Assembly: GCF_964188315.1 (NCBI RefSeq)
Contig: NC_135670.1
Span: 37,882,001 to 37,946,000 of the forward strand
Length of the DNA: 64,000 nt
Direction of reading: 5' to 3'
Origin: Podarcis muralis
Lineage: Eukaryota
Part shown: in pieces, positions 1 through 11,878 of the stretch
Layout: each line of letters starts with the position of its first letter
How positions within the stretch are numbered: the stretch's first letter is position 1
Notes under the pieces: model-generated
Told to the model about the DNA's origin: nothing
Seen by the model: the letters and a program-made list of their open reading frames with translations, nothing else
The model's database searches: none
Made by a program: the position numbers and the translations under genes

Positions 1-901
1 CATGGACGACTGTTCAGAATGCCCTGGAGATCAATATGCAAACAATGAACAGGATGGCTGCCTCCCCAAAGACAAAACATTCTTGTCTTATGAAGAACCG
101 TTGGGGATCAGTTTGGCCACGTTTGCCCTCTTCTTTTCCTGCATCACAGCTTTGGTGCTTCAAATATTCACAAAGCACAGAGATACTCCCATAGTCAAAG
201 CCAACAACCGCAACCTCACTTATCTTCTCCTCCTTTTCCTCCTCCTCTCCTTCCTTTGTGCTCTGCTCTTCATTGGCCAGCCCGAGGAAGTCACCTGCCT
301 CCTTCGACAAACTGCTTTTGGCTTGATCTTCTCAGTGGCCATTTCTTGCATCTTGGCCAAAACTGCCATTGTGGTTCTAGCTTTCATGGCCACCAAGCCA
401 GGGTCCCGAATGAGGAAGTGGGTAGGGAAGCCACTGGGCACCCCAATTGTTCTTTCCTGCTCCCTTATTCAAGCCACAATCTGCAGCATATGGCTGGCAA
501 CTTCTCCTCCTTTCCCAGACGTTGACATGGACTCAGTGACTGAAGAAATAATACTAGAATGTAGTGAAGGTTCCACTATCATGTTTTATTGTGTCCTGGG
601 ATTCATGGGTTTACTGGCCATAGTCAGCTTCACGGTGGCTTTCCTAGCTAGAAAGTTGCCGGACAGTTTCAATGAAGCCAAATTCATCACCTTCAGCATG
701 TTGGTCTTTTGCAGTGTGTGGCTCTCCTTTGTTCCAACCTACTTGAGCACCAAGGGCAAATACATGGTGGCTGTGGAGATCTTCTCCATCTTGGCCTCCA
801 GTTGTGGGTTACTGGGCTGCATCTTTATCCCCAAATGCTATGTTATTTTACTGAGGCCTGAGCTGAACAGCAGGGAGCAGCTAATAAGAAGACAGTTTTA
901 A
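1..901 (+). CDS. V2R gene A, terminal exon 6 (end of cysteine-rich domain + 7TM); exons 1-5 lie outside the window
   Basis: ORF 2..901 has the class C GPCR motifs [46 protein letters not shown] and GCIFIPKCY; it ends in TAA. Confidence 0.93.
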   Translation, partial: MDDCSECPGDQYANNEQDGCLPKDKTFLSYEEPLGISLATFALFFSCITALVLQIFTKHRDTPIVKANNRNLTYLLLLFLLLSFLCALLFIGQPEEVTCLLRQTAFGLIFSVAISCILAKTAIVVLAFMATKPGSRMRKWVGKPLGTPIVLSCSLIQATICSIWLATSPPFPDVDMDSVTEEIILECSEGSTIMFYCVLGFMGLLAIVSFTVAFLARKLPDSFNEAKFITFSMLVFCSVWLSFVPTYLSTKGKYMVAVEIFSILASSCGLLGCIFIPKCYVILLRPELNSREQLIRRQF

Positions 902-1566
902 ATAATCCAGAAGTCTAAATCATGTTCGTAATTCTAGGTGTCTGTTATTGCTGTTTTATTTACTTGTATGTCATTAGAAATTAAGGATATTCATGCCCCT
1001 TGAAATTAAATAATCAACAAATAAACAAATAATTGAAGAAGTAAAAAGTAAATTATAAAAAAGATCTGGAGCAGCTCCAAGAATTCCTTTGGGAATCATG
1101 CTCGCAATTCTGGGTGTCTGTTATTGCTATTTTAATTACGTATATGTAATTAGAAATCTGGGATACTCATGTCCCACTGCTTTGCAAGCATGAACTATCA
1201 GCTCATCACCAGCACTTGTAAAGCACTTTGCACAGGTGGTCCTGACATCTTATTGAGCCCACAAACCCCCATCAGCCCAGCCACTCTTTATCTGTCCCAC
1301 AGCTGACATCACGAGAAGCTGAAGAGTGCCAGAAATTCCCACAAGTAGCTGTTCTTTAAAGTGACAGAAGAGACTAATAGGAGATTTGAGAGCTGTTTCG
1401 CCTCTTAAATAGGGAATACATAAAGAAGCATCTTCCTCTCCCGGATCAAATTAAAACCAAAAAACACTTCAGAAGGACTATCTACTTGTACTATTTCATT
1501 TATATTGCACCATAAGACATGTTTCCTGGACACTTCACAAGAAAGTACAACAGCTAAATTGAAATA

Positions 1567-1824
1567 CAGTGGTACCTCAGGTTAAGTACTTAATTCGTTC
1601 TGGAGGTCCGTTCTTAACCTGAAACTGTTCTTAACCTGAAGCACCACTTTAGCTAATGGGGCCTCCTGCTGCTGCCGCGCCGCCGGAGCACGATTTCTGT
1701 TCTCATCCTGAAGCAAAGTTCTTAACCTGAAGCACTATTTCTGGATTAGCGGAGTCTGTAACCTGAAGCGTATGTAACCTGAAGCGTATGTAACCTGAAG
1801 TGTATGTAACCTGAGGTACCACTG
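1567..1824. mobile_element. Tc1/mariner (pogo/Tigger-type) MITE
   Basis: TIRs CAGTGGTACCTCAGGTT / AACCTGAGGTACCACTG, TA on both sides, internal (GCGTATGTAACCTGAA) repeats. Confidence 0.88.
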
Positions 1825-2809
1825 TACAAAATAATAATAAACAATTGCAGACCCAGGTCCATTGGGCTGCCTATGATCAATGTATTGACAGGATAACAAA
1901 TTGCCAGAACAACTTTATGAGGTTACAAATTTGTCTCAGCTTTATTGATTATACTTGTAGGTTGGCCTGGGTGCACCTCTCTCAGATTTGTGGGCGGAAG
2001 CTTCTGCCAGGATAAAGCCAATGCTATTTCTGTTGAACAAGTCATTCTCGTCATCTCTCGCTCAACTTATGGGATAAAGGCATTCCAGCACATGTCCCTC
2101 TGCTTCATAAAATAATGTTGTCTTACTGCTATTCATAAGTATAGAGACTGACAGATCAAATGATTTCTGGATTTTTCTACAACCATTCATCAAACTGAAC
2201 CATGGTGTTATAGATCCATCACAGTTTACAAAGTGTGCACTGATAGTCACAGGTACTTGGTGCAGTGGAGAGTGGTAGGGTTATTGGGGCACTGCCCAGA
2301 AAACTTCAATATTTCCTCCCCCAATCTAATTGCAGAACCTCAGGTTCTGTCTATTACAGACTCTGGCTCCACCTCCGGTTGGTCTCCATGTCTTTTCCTT
2401 GCCTAATGTCAGGCTCCAGGGACTCTGCTTACTCCCACTGCTCCTGGGGAGATTCAGGAACCTGAGCAGGGGGAGGAAGGCTGAATGCAACCCTCCTCAG
2501 CACAATCCCTGACCCCTAAAAGTCCCCATGAGCAGTAGCCGCCACTAACTTGCTGTTTCAGGGACAAGACAAAAAGTTTCAAAACATGCCAAGAAATAAG
2601 GAATTCAGACTCAACATATTCCTCCTAAATCCCTATGTGAGAACATTGCTCCAAAAAGAATAATATATTCAAAACTCAATATATTGGGGAAAACTGATAT
2701 TCTGACTTAACCTATTGGCAAGCTGCATGCTGACTTAAATGTTTCTCTATGTTAAATGAACTGCGCATTGTTGATGATTAATGGCTTAGTGTAATTTTGC
2801 AAGTGGTTC

Positions 2810-3168
2810 CAGGTCCTATTGCGCATGGTTGTTGTATATAAAGTGCATTGTTAAACTATGGAAGTCACTCCCACAGGGGGCAGGGATGACCACCAGACTA
2901 GATGGCTTTAAAAGAGCCTCAGACAAATTCATGGAGGAGAGGATTGTTGATGTCTCCTAGCCAGGATGGCTCAGCTTTGATGCCACAGTTGGAGGCAGCC
3001 ATGTTCCTGAATACGAGTTGCTGGAAACCGAAGGAGGGGAAAGTGTTCTTGTGCTTGAATCCTGCTTGCAGCTTCCCCTTTGGGGCACTAGGTTGGCCAC
3101 TGTGAGAACAGGAGGCTGGACCAGAAGGGCTATGGGCCTGATCCACTAGGCTCTTCCTGTGTTCTTAT
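2810..3168 (+). mobile_element. CR1-type LINE 3' fragment
   Basis: ggctttaaaagag...gacaaattcatggaggag segment and an ...ctcttcctgtgttcttatg end, recognised by eye. Confidence 0.6.
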
Positions 3169-3382
3169 GTATTACAGTGTTTAGATTTAGATTATTTCTG
3201 CAGACCACTTTCAGCACAGATTCACTTGTGGAAAATGCTGTATAGAAATAGCCAAGGAGGCTATTTCAAAGAATGAAAAGGATGAAAGAGCTGAGAAATA
3301 AAAGGAATGACTTTGTCTGGTTTTCTTCCAATAAATGCCAGCAAACAATGCAAAAATTAAAAGCATCAACACAAGTTGATTC

Positions 3383-4284
3383 CTATTTGCCCCTCAGAAT
3401 TAAGTGGTCTTTGCTGTTCAAGTCGGGCCTCAGAAGAATTATGTACAATTTGGGGGAAAAGATACAACCCAGCAAACCTGCGCTGGAGGCCAAGATGCAA
3501 AAGACCTCCACAGCCACCATCTGCTTTCCTTTGGTGCTCAGATAAGAGGGAACAAAGGACAGCCAAACGCTGCAGAACACCAACATGCTGAAGGTGATGA
3601 ACTTGGCTTCGTTGAAACTGTCCGGCAACCTCTTGGCCAGGAAAGCCATAGTGAAGCTGACCATGGCCAGGAATCCCAGATAACCCAGGACAGAATAAAA
3701 CATCGCGACAGAACCTTCGTTGCATTCCACAATGATTTCCTCCATCAGAGAGTTCATGTCCATATCTGGGAATGGAGGAGCCGTACAGAGCCAAGCAGCA
3801 CAAATGCTGGTTTGAACAGAGCAGCAAGCAAGAAGAACCGAGTTTGTGAGAGATTTCCCCACCCATTTCCTCATCCTGGATCCTGGTTTGGTGGCCATGA
3901 AAGCCAGAACCACCGTGATGGTTTTGGCCAAGACACAAGACACAGCAATGGAGAAGATGATGCCAAAAGCAGCTTGTCGTAAAGAGCAGCTGACTGGGTG
4001 AGGCTGGCCAATGAAGAGCAAGGAGCAGAGGAAGCAGAGCAAGAGGGCAAGGAGCAGAGTGTAGGTGAGGTCCCGGTTGTTGGCTTTGACAATGGGAGTG
4101 TCCCCATTCCTAGAGAAGATGCCAAGTATCAAAGCTGTGAGCAGAGAAAAGACCAGAGCTAAGGAAGCTAAAACGAACCCTAAAGGTTCTGCGTAGGAAA
4201 GAAAATGTTGGCGTTTGGGGATGCATTGATCTCTGTCCTTGTTTGGAAATTGGTCATCTTGGCAGTGGAAACAATAATCCATAT
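3383..4284 (-). CDS. V2R gene B exon 6 (7TM)
   Basis: cag|AT ATG GAT; 299-aa ORF with complete TM motifs. Confidence 0.93.
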
Positions 4285-7200
4285 CTGAAACAATGAGTGA
4301 TATATGAGTTCCGACAAATAAGGCATTAATTAGTTGGTGAACATATCAGAGAGAAGTGGATATTAACAATAGTTTGTACAATTTTCAGCCACTATGCATA
4401 ATCCGCAATAGTTTCTACATTTTGATGGGCCTAAGGTGCATGGATTGTTCATCTGTCCTTCATCTGAAATTAGTGATCAGAAATATTGACTTCGGTTGTA
4501 CCCTTAGTGGTACAATGTGCAAAATAGTAAGAGCAGACTCACTGGAAAGCACCCAGAGAGATCTTCATGGTGATGGAGAATTCTTGAGAACAGCCACTTT
4601 CAGTTCAGAGGCTGGGCTGAGGACTGTTCTGGGTAAGGAGACCATTTTCGGCTCACACACCTAAAACTATCCAGTCCTAATGATGTAGCATGTAGGAAGC
4701 AGGCAGATTAAACTAGACACATTCCACACCCATTTCTACAGATCTCACTTGTAAAAGCTCTGGATCTAGTTTCCCCAACTATCTGTTCTTTCTTCCAGAT
4801 ATCAGTGCAGCTGCTGCTCTCTTTAGGAGTAAAAAGTAAAGGGACCCCTGACAGTTAGGTCCAGTCACGGATGACTCTGGGGTTGCGGCGCTCATCTCGC
4901 TTTACTAGCTGAAGGAGCCGGCGTACAGCTTCCAAGTCATGTGGCCAGCATGACTAAGCCGCTTCTGGTGAACCAGAGCAGCGCACGGAAATGCCGTTTA
5001 CCTTCCCGCCAGAAGTATTTATCTAATTGCACTTTGATGTGCTTTTGAACTGCTAGGTTGGCAGGCGCTGGGACCAAGCAACAGGCGCTCACCCCATTGC
5101 GGGGATTCGAACCACCAAACTTCTGATCAGCAAGCTCAAGAGGCTCAGTAGTTTAACCCACAGCACCACCTGATTCCTCACTCTTTAGGAGTACTGAACC
5201 AATAGAAGGAAAGAGTTGAAATATATATTAGGAAGCATTTTACAAATTTGCAGATTATGTCTCTTACCCATTTGATTTGAAATCATCCCATATGGACACG
5301 AAGCACAATCATAGCAACAAAATGGCAACCCCTCCTTCTTTTTCCTGCTGTAGCCTGGCTGGCAGCGATCATTACACAAGGCAAGGGGCAGCACCTAGCC
5401 ATAAAAAGAGTAGAAAATGTAGCTCTCTTGTGCCTTGTAAACAACACAGTTTTAACCAAAGAGAAGAGATCAGCTGCCTGATTAACATTATTCCAGAAAG
5501 GTGTGTTGTATGCCTAAATAAACTGTAATGTAAATATTGGGAATGAATAAGAAAGGATATTGAATTTTTCATCTGCATAAAGATGGAGGATGGAGAGGGG
5601 ACAGAGAAGACAACAGACTTAGAAATACAGGGAGTTAATGAAGAAGGTAAAATAGGAAGCACATACATTAACCTCAGACAAGCACCACAAGACAATCTTC
5701 TTTCAAAACAAATGGGCAACTTATCCTCTCCTTGTCTTCTGAGCTGGAAATCTCACTTGGTTCAGCATGATTTACTCCTACATTCATGTGCAAAGTATTA
5801 AAATGTTATTCTGAAATCCTATATATCAGGGATGTGGAACCTTTGGTCCACCAGATGGTATTGGACTCCCCTCAGTCTGAAATCCAGCCTGGCCAATGAC
5901 CACTGAGGAGGAGAGTTGGAAGCCAACAATATTTCATTTGCAATATAGTGGAATATATTACCATTCTATACTTTCAAACCAGAACTCTAAAGAAGATCTA
6001 CTACTTACCTCATGTATGATGGGAGAATAACTTGTTGGGCATGGGTTATACTTAAACAATTTGCTTATTATGAAAAAGAATGTCTACATTAACCTTATAA
6101 TTTGTATTCTTAATAACAATACCTCATTTTTAAAAAACCAATGGTCCCACCTGATTAAAAGATCTGTGCCATGTGATGGCTCCCTCATCCACACTGAAGT
6201 TTACATATTGTGAATCTTGTGGAACTATCTTTCCTACTTTCACTCGGGAGAAGGTTTGGTTTGGAAAAGTAACCCAGTTAATAATATCAAATCCACCTGC
6301 TAACTCCCCATTCTCATCAAAGGACACTAAGTCACCAGCACTGTTGTTGAAGGAGATACTCCTCAAGAATGAGTGCAGCTAGGCAGAAGAAAACAAAGGC
6401 AAAGTTTAAAAAGGAGAGCTTTTATGGATTATAGAAAGGAGAAAGTATCAATCCACATATTTCACACAATGGAAAGTAGTCCAAAACTGTGCAGTCTACA
6501 ACATTTGGAGAACATAAGTATTTCTAGTAAGTACAGCTGGCCTGCCACTTGCATGAGGGTTCAGCTCTGGGGTCCGTGTGCAAAGGCAAAATGGTGCCAT
6601 GTCAGGAAGCCCTGGAACTGCCCCTCCTGCAAGGTGGGTGTGCAGGGAGAAGGGGACAAAGAAAAGGAGAGCAGCTCATGGTGGGTTTTCCCTGCTCTCC
6701 TTTATTTGTTCACTTTTCCACACCAACATAAAGTGACCTTAACTTGCAGGCTCACTATAATCAATGAACATGACTGGAAGCAAGTTAAAAAACAGACCAG
6801 GTAATTACATTTGAAAATAGCCCTATATGGTCCTCTTTAGTGCAGAAACAAACGCAGGTTCTAGGAAATAGTTGCTGTTGGTAGACAGAATGAGTGGGCA
6901 GTCATGGGTAGAAACAAACCTTAATATTTTCAAATGTTTTCTTAATTCTTTATAATACCCTTTCTCTTGCTTATCCTAGCACATTTATTAAGTGGATAAT
7001 GAAACAGGTCTAGTTTCAGAACCATTTTTATATGGAATGGAGCATGGTGCTCAGCATCTATACAGGGGTGTCCCCCCCCCAGTACTCATATTGCAATTTA
7101 ACTGGGGTGCTGAGAGACAAAAATCAGTGGTTTGTGCCCTGTCAAATGGTGAGATAATGCCCGGGGAAGGTTCTGGGGAGGCTCTTCCTAGATACCATCT

Positions 7201-8399
7201 TTCTGAACTTAACACCTTATGGGGCCCAATTTAACATGCCTCCTTCTTCACCACTCCTGTTATATCAGAATCAGAAACACATACGACAGCAGGTCATTCT
7301 GCAACTCCTCCCACGACACTGTCAAGTTCCACAAAAAGGTGACATTTCTGTGGGAGAAACTGCAGCAGGAGATGCTTCCACATGCAACTCCTGCAACTAT
7401 TCCTGCAACTGGAAGGGAAGAACAGGCCCTATCTTGATTGTGGCTCCTTCAGCTTGAAGGAAAAGGAAAACAGTTAAGTATTGAAAAGAATGTGGTGCTC
7501 CTAGAATGGTATAGAACGGATGAACAGGTTAAATCAGTGATGATTAAATGGGCAAAAGATTTAGGGCATGATATACAAATGGCAGATTGGGCAGAGGCTT
7601 TGGAAAGAGATCTGAAATTCACAGCTTGTTGTACAGTGAAAGAAAACTATATGAAAATGATGTACTGGTGCTGTTTGACTCCTAGTAAGTTAGGGTTAGG
7701 GTTAGTTCAAATATCTGCTGGAAATGTAAATAAGAAGTGGGTACCATTTACCATATGTGGTGGCCTTGTAAGAAAACAAAATCATTTTGGGAAATGGTAT
7801 ATAATGAATTGAGGAAAAAATGGGGGGGGGGGGGATTTTGTTAAAAAACCCAGAAGCTTTTTTTATTAGGAATTATATGTACTGAGATCCCAAAAGAACA
7901 GAAAAGACTATTTATGTATGCAACAACAGCTGCAAGGATGTTATTAGCCCATAAATGTAAAGATACAACAATAACGACCAAGGAAGAATGGCAAGCCAAA
8001 ATGCTAGATTATGCCAAAATGTCAAAATTAACTGCAGGACTTGGGAACCAAAAGAAAAGGACTTTTAAAAAGAATGGGGGAAATATGCCTAAGAGATTAT
8101 TGTAAGCAAATCCAAACATTAGCTGGACTCTACAAATCACTTGTAAAGTAAAGAGGTTCATTGTTAATTTAGATAAATGGAAATTGGGCAGAATGTATTG
8201 ATATGTCGTTTTTCCCAAAAAAATAGAAAAATAGAAGGACCCATGAAAGGGAGGGAGGGAGTAATGAGATTCAGAGAATCTCATGAAATGAGTATATAAA
8301 CGTTGTTGATATAAACTTATGTCTGTAAAAACCAATAAAATATTTCAAAAAGAAAAGATAAAAGAAAGAAAAGAATGTGGGAATTGTTAATGCTGGAAG

Positions 8400-8432
<33 letters not shown>

Positions 8433-11400
8433 TCATTCTATGGACTGTGTGTCATCACCCATTAAATTAGCCCCCCAAAAATATTTATTCTGAATAGGAA
8501 ATCTCACCTGCCAAGGTTGCAGTTCTGGAGGATCGAGCCCACCTCTGTCTGCCATCATTCTACGTTTTGACCTGGATGAGTGCATCTGATGTAAAGTATG
8601 TGCAATGGCATAAACTGCATTATAGATACTGTAACTTTGGCCAGTCATGGTCATCTCAAAAATATGCCCAGGAAGGCTCTCCAGACTCTCATGGCCAGTG
8701 CAGGTCTTTGTGTTTTCCTTGTGCCCATTGGAAGCAGAAAATAAACAGTTGAATGCCTGTTGCCAAAAAGCCTGGAGGAACCCATCTCCATGTGGAGAGT
8801 TGGGGTTCAGGGTCTGAAGGAAGTCTTTAAATCCCTGGACTTTCTCTGTGTGAATTGCAAAAGACAAGGCACCATCAAAGGCTTGTATATCAAGCCTTTG
8901 CATTGTTTCTGAAGAGAAAGCCCACTGGGCTGTCAAAACCCACACGGTGCCTGTAGACTTCTCTGCAACATCTTCAGCTACTGAATAGAAATATTGCATC
9001 CATTTCACAACTGCAATGGTCTGAGGTTCTGCACATAGAACCAATATGTTAACTTCTGATGCCATCAGGAAAGAGGACTTGGCCCGAAAGGGTTCCAAGA
9101 AACTGAAATTATCTAGACCCTGAGATAAGGCTGGTAGTTTTTCACTGAAAGCTGCACAGACTCCATGCTGAGAAAGCATTGGCACTAAGCTTTGCATAAA
9201 GGTCTCTCCATTTTCATCATCGGATGCCACAATTCCTACCCATGTCCATTGGAAATGTAGAAGTAGCCTGACAATCCCTGCATATTGATATTTCTCATTG
9301 GGCACCGTTCGGTAGAATGTCTGGGGCTGCAACTCTGGGCTTCTCACTGGAGCTAATACGCAGTAAGCAATCTGGAGGAAGAAATCAACCCCACAAGAAT
9401 TGGAGAGTTAGAGCAAACGGTTATGGTTCATCCCAAGTATCTGCTTGAAGAACAAACCCATGAGAATTTCTGGACTCCATTTATGGATGCATGTTGATTT
9501 CACAAGAACATTACGCATATCTCCAGCAGCTGTTGTTGGGGAGGAGGAGCAGGGTTTCTCTGACCTCTTGCAACTGGCCTTGTGCAGCTTCCTGGGAGCA
9601 AGAGGAAGACTCCTGCTGCTGCATTTGCCCAGTTCCAACCTCCCTGCTGCTTCCCAGTGACACATGGGAGACAGAGTCAGGCAAGCACCAAAGCCCCTCT
9701 CCTCTGACCACTACTGCATGGACACTGAAATACTACTAAGGAAAGCGGCAGACTTTTGTATCATTTATATATTTTTTCTTTCTCATTTCTTTTTTCAGAA
9801 AGATGAACCAATGCTAAAGGAAGTATTAAAAACCAGGGAGATAACTATTGTACCAGAGGCAGAAGAGCTTCACAGCCCCCACACTTACTATACCTGTGGA
9901 ATCTTGTAGACGCCTAAGACAGTAGCCATGTAGAGAGAGATGTCAAAGTCAAGTCCCCCAATAATAGCTATCGTATTTTTCTTCTTCTCACATTTGAAGT
10001 TGGGGACAATCCTTTCTGTGATGGACAGAAGTTTCAGGGTGTTCTGATAAGTCATCCTTGCATTTGTGTAGCTATCATAGACATGGAACCCAAAGGTCAT
10101 ATTCGGTACGATATTAGGGTTCTCTTTTATTTCTTTTACAGCAAACACCAGGGAGAGAGTATTCTGGTAGTACTTCAATACTTCACTAAAAAAGAGTTAT
10201 ACTGTGTGTCAGAGGTATTTTCCTCCTCTTGCTCTTAAGCACGTTGGTAACTTCCTGAATCACATGCACTTACAAAAGTTGCCTCATCTTTCTCTTAACT
10301 CCTTATTTCCTTTCAGCAACCAACGGACACTCACTGGATGAGAAATTCCCAAGTCAGAAATTCTGACTGGTGCCTCTCAGTAAGTGTTTGGTGTAGGTGG
10401 GGAGTAGAGACCAGAGCACATCAGGTGGAACAGGATTTTTTATGGCTGTACAAAAAAAATTACTGTAGCCCATGTTAGTCACACTCAGAGAAGGGCCAAT
10501 AGGATCAATAGATCAGACTAATTTAGATGTAATAATTTCATTGGGTCTCCTCTGCATTTTCCTTACTTCATTTTGCAAAAACAAGTTTGCAGCTGCTTTT
10601 TTATTTCCCTATATGGTTTAAAAGAGAATATAATCCAAAATCTATGCTATTCATGTGTCACAGCATCTGTGACTGTCAGATTAAATGATAGGACTTCCGG
10701 TTAAAATGGTGTCTGAGGCAGCAGCTTCTCGCGGATCTCTGACCCTATAGCTCGGCTTTAAATGTTCTAAATGCTTTTTCGCAGTCCTTTAGTTTTAATT
10801 GTAGACCCCCTCTAGTTTTACTTTATTGGCCTATTTTATTGTTTTATTGCCGGTTACCGTGCCGGTCTGCTATTACCGAAGACATCTTACCAGCTGCAAC
10901 ACCTCGCCAGCTGTAATCTAAAAGCAGAGAGAGTTTAGGAAGAGTTACTGCTTCACAGAGAAGGAACACCAGATGATACCACCAACTCCAGAGCCCAGTG
11001 TTGTCAGAAAGGAATTATAGAACGACTGCAATCTACTCTAATTACTGTGAGCTGCTCCACCCCTTAGACTCCCCTCTCCTCCTTTCTTCTGAGTTCTGGT
11101 AAAGCACAAGAAACGAGTCTGTTGCTGCTTTTGAGGTGGAGGGGGTGGCGCGGAAACTATCCCAGCCCACTTTGTGCTAATCCAACTGAACTCTTGTGAC
11201 CGGCCACTCTACCTGCCTGCCTCCCCCTGGCTCAGAGGAAATTACCTGTTAATGAGCCTGCTCACTACACCTAGCTCCATTTGCCTGTCACTGAGATTAA
11301 AGGATAGTGATTGTGAAAATGAGGATCAAGCTTTGCTGCAAATGAAAACCAGACATTAATGGTGTGAAAGGAAACACAGAGGGAGGTTGAGGATGAAGTT

Positions 11401-11878
11401 GGGAGAAAGCGGTGAGAGCCATGGGATCAGGTGATGAGAAAGCAAAACAGGCAGAATATAGAAACATTAAGAAGTGGAATCAAGCAATGAAGAAGCCAAG
11501 ATCACAATGTAAAGAGAAGAAAATATATGCTTAACATTCCTACTGGAAAAAAGTCACATGGAAATGTGTTCTGAGGATGCCATTGTATGTTTGGTGTAAT
11601 GAGCTCACCAGGAGTACACTATGAAGGATAGAGTTTTTTCCTTACAAAAATTCATCTATAAGCTTTGTGTTTGGGTGCTCATGGAAATCCATTTCTTCAA
11701 CTACAAAGCCGAAATAATTAGCAATTCCTCCAATGATTAGGTCCCCTCTCTGATAATTCTGGTATGGAAGCTGAAAAGGCTCCATCATGGTGCATCTAGC
11801 AGAGTGTTCCTTGCTCTCAGCTGGAGGCAACTGCAGCCACAGGAAGATCAGAATCTGCAGCAGAAATGTTCCTACCAT
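3383..11878 (-). CDS. V2R gene B, complete: complement(join(3383..4284,5268..5394,6151..6378,8508..9371,9894..10185,11646..11878)), 881 aa
   Basis: Six exons with GT-AG boundaries; lengths 233+292+864+228+127+902=2646 nt with no in-frame stop. Signal peptide [14 protein letters not shown], Venus flytrap domain, cysteine-rich domain and 7TM are all present. Confidence 0.9.
4832..5180 (-). mobile_element. Sauria SINE in gene B intron 5
   Basis: tRNA-like head with B box (GGTTCGAATCCCC) and TTTAC-type tail; 13-bp TSD ctctttaggagta at 4819-4831 and 5181-5193. Confidence 0.9.
5268..5394 (-). CDS. V2R gene B exon 5
   Basis: 127 bp; [15 protein letters not shown]...CCYDCASCP; phase-1 donor G|GTAAG. 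Confidence 0.92.
6151..6378 (-). CDS. V2R gene B exon 4
   Basis: 228 bp; [16 protein letters not shown]...INWVTFPN...FNQ|GT. Confidence 0.92.
7450..8375 (+). mobile_element. Decayed L1 LINE ORF2 3' end + 3'UTR
   Basis: Peptides [29 protein letters not shown] and [12 protein letters not shown]; ends in AATAAA and an A-rich tail. Confidence 0.8.
8401..8431. repeat. (GT)n(GC)n microsatellite
   Basis: Directly visible. Confidence 0.95.
8508..9371 (-). CDS. V2R gene B exon 3
   Basis: IAYC...FYRTVPNE...WTWVG...[15 protein letters not shown]...QPWQ|GTGAG. Confidence 0.92.
9894..10185 (-). CDS. V2R gene B exon 2
   Basis: 292 bp; [19 protein letters not shown]...KIPQ; ttttag| acceptor, CAG|GT donor. 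Confidence 0.92.
11646..11878 (-). CDS. V2R gene B exon 1
   Basis: MVGTFLL...[11 protein letters not shown]...IDEF; donor TT|GTAAG, phase 2. Confidence 0.85.

Noticed and set aside
14-441. Antisense and alternative-frame ORFs over V2R exons (also 3366-3982, 23232-23708, 26218-26790, 55871-56469)
   Set aside because: They are shadow frames of the 7TM and flytrap exons and recur in each paralog because of codon structure.
640-800. Near-identical [28 protein letters not shown] block in all genes as evidence of gene conversion
   Set aside because: The motif is conserved family-wide in V2Rs and synonymous sites visibly differ; a formal test would be needed.
10690-10920. ggacttccgg...aaaatgg segment resembling an L1 5' end
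   Set aside because: No ORF1 follows and the match is too short to call.
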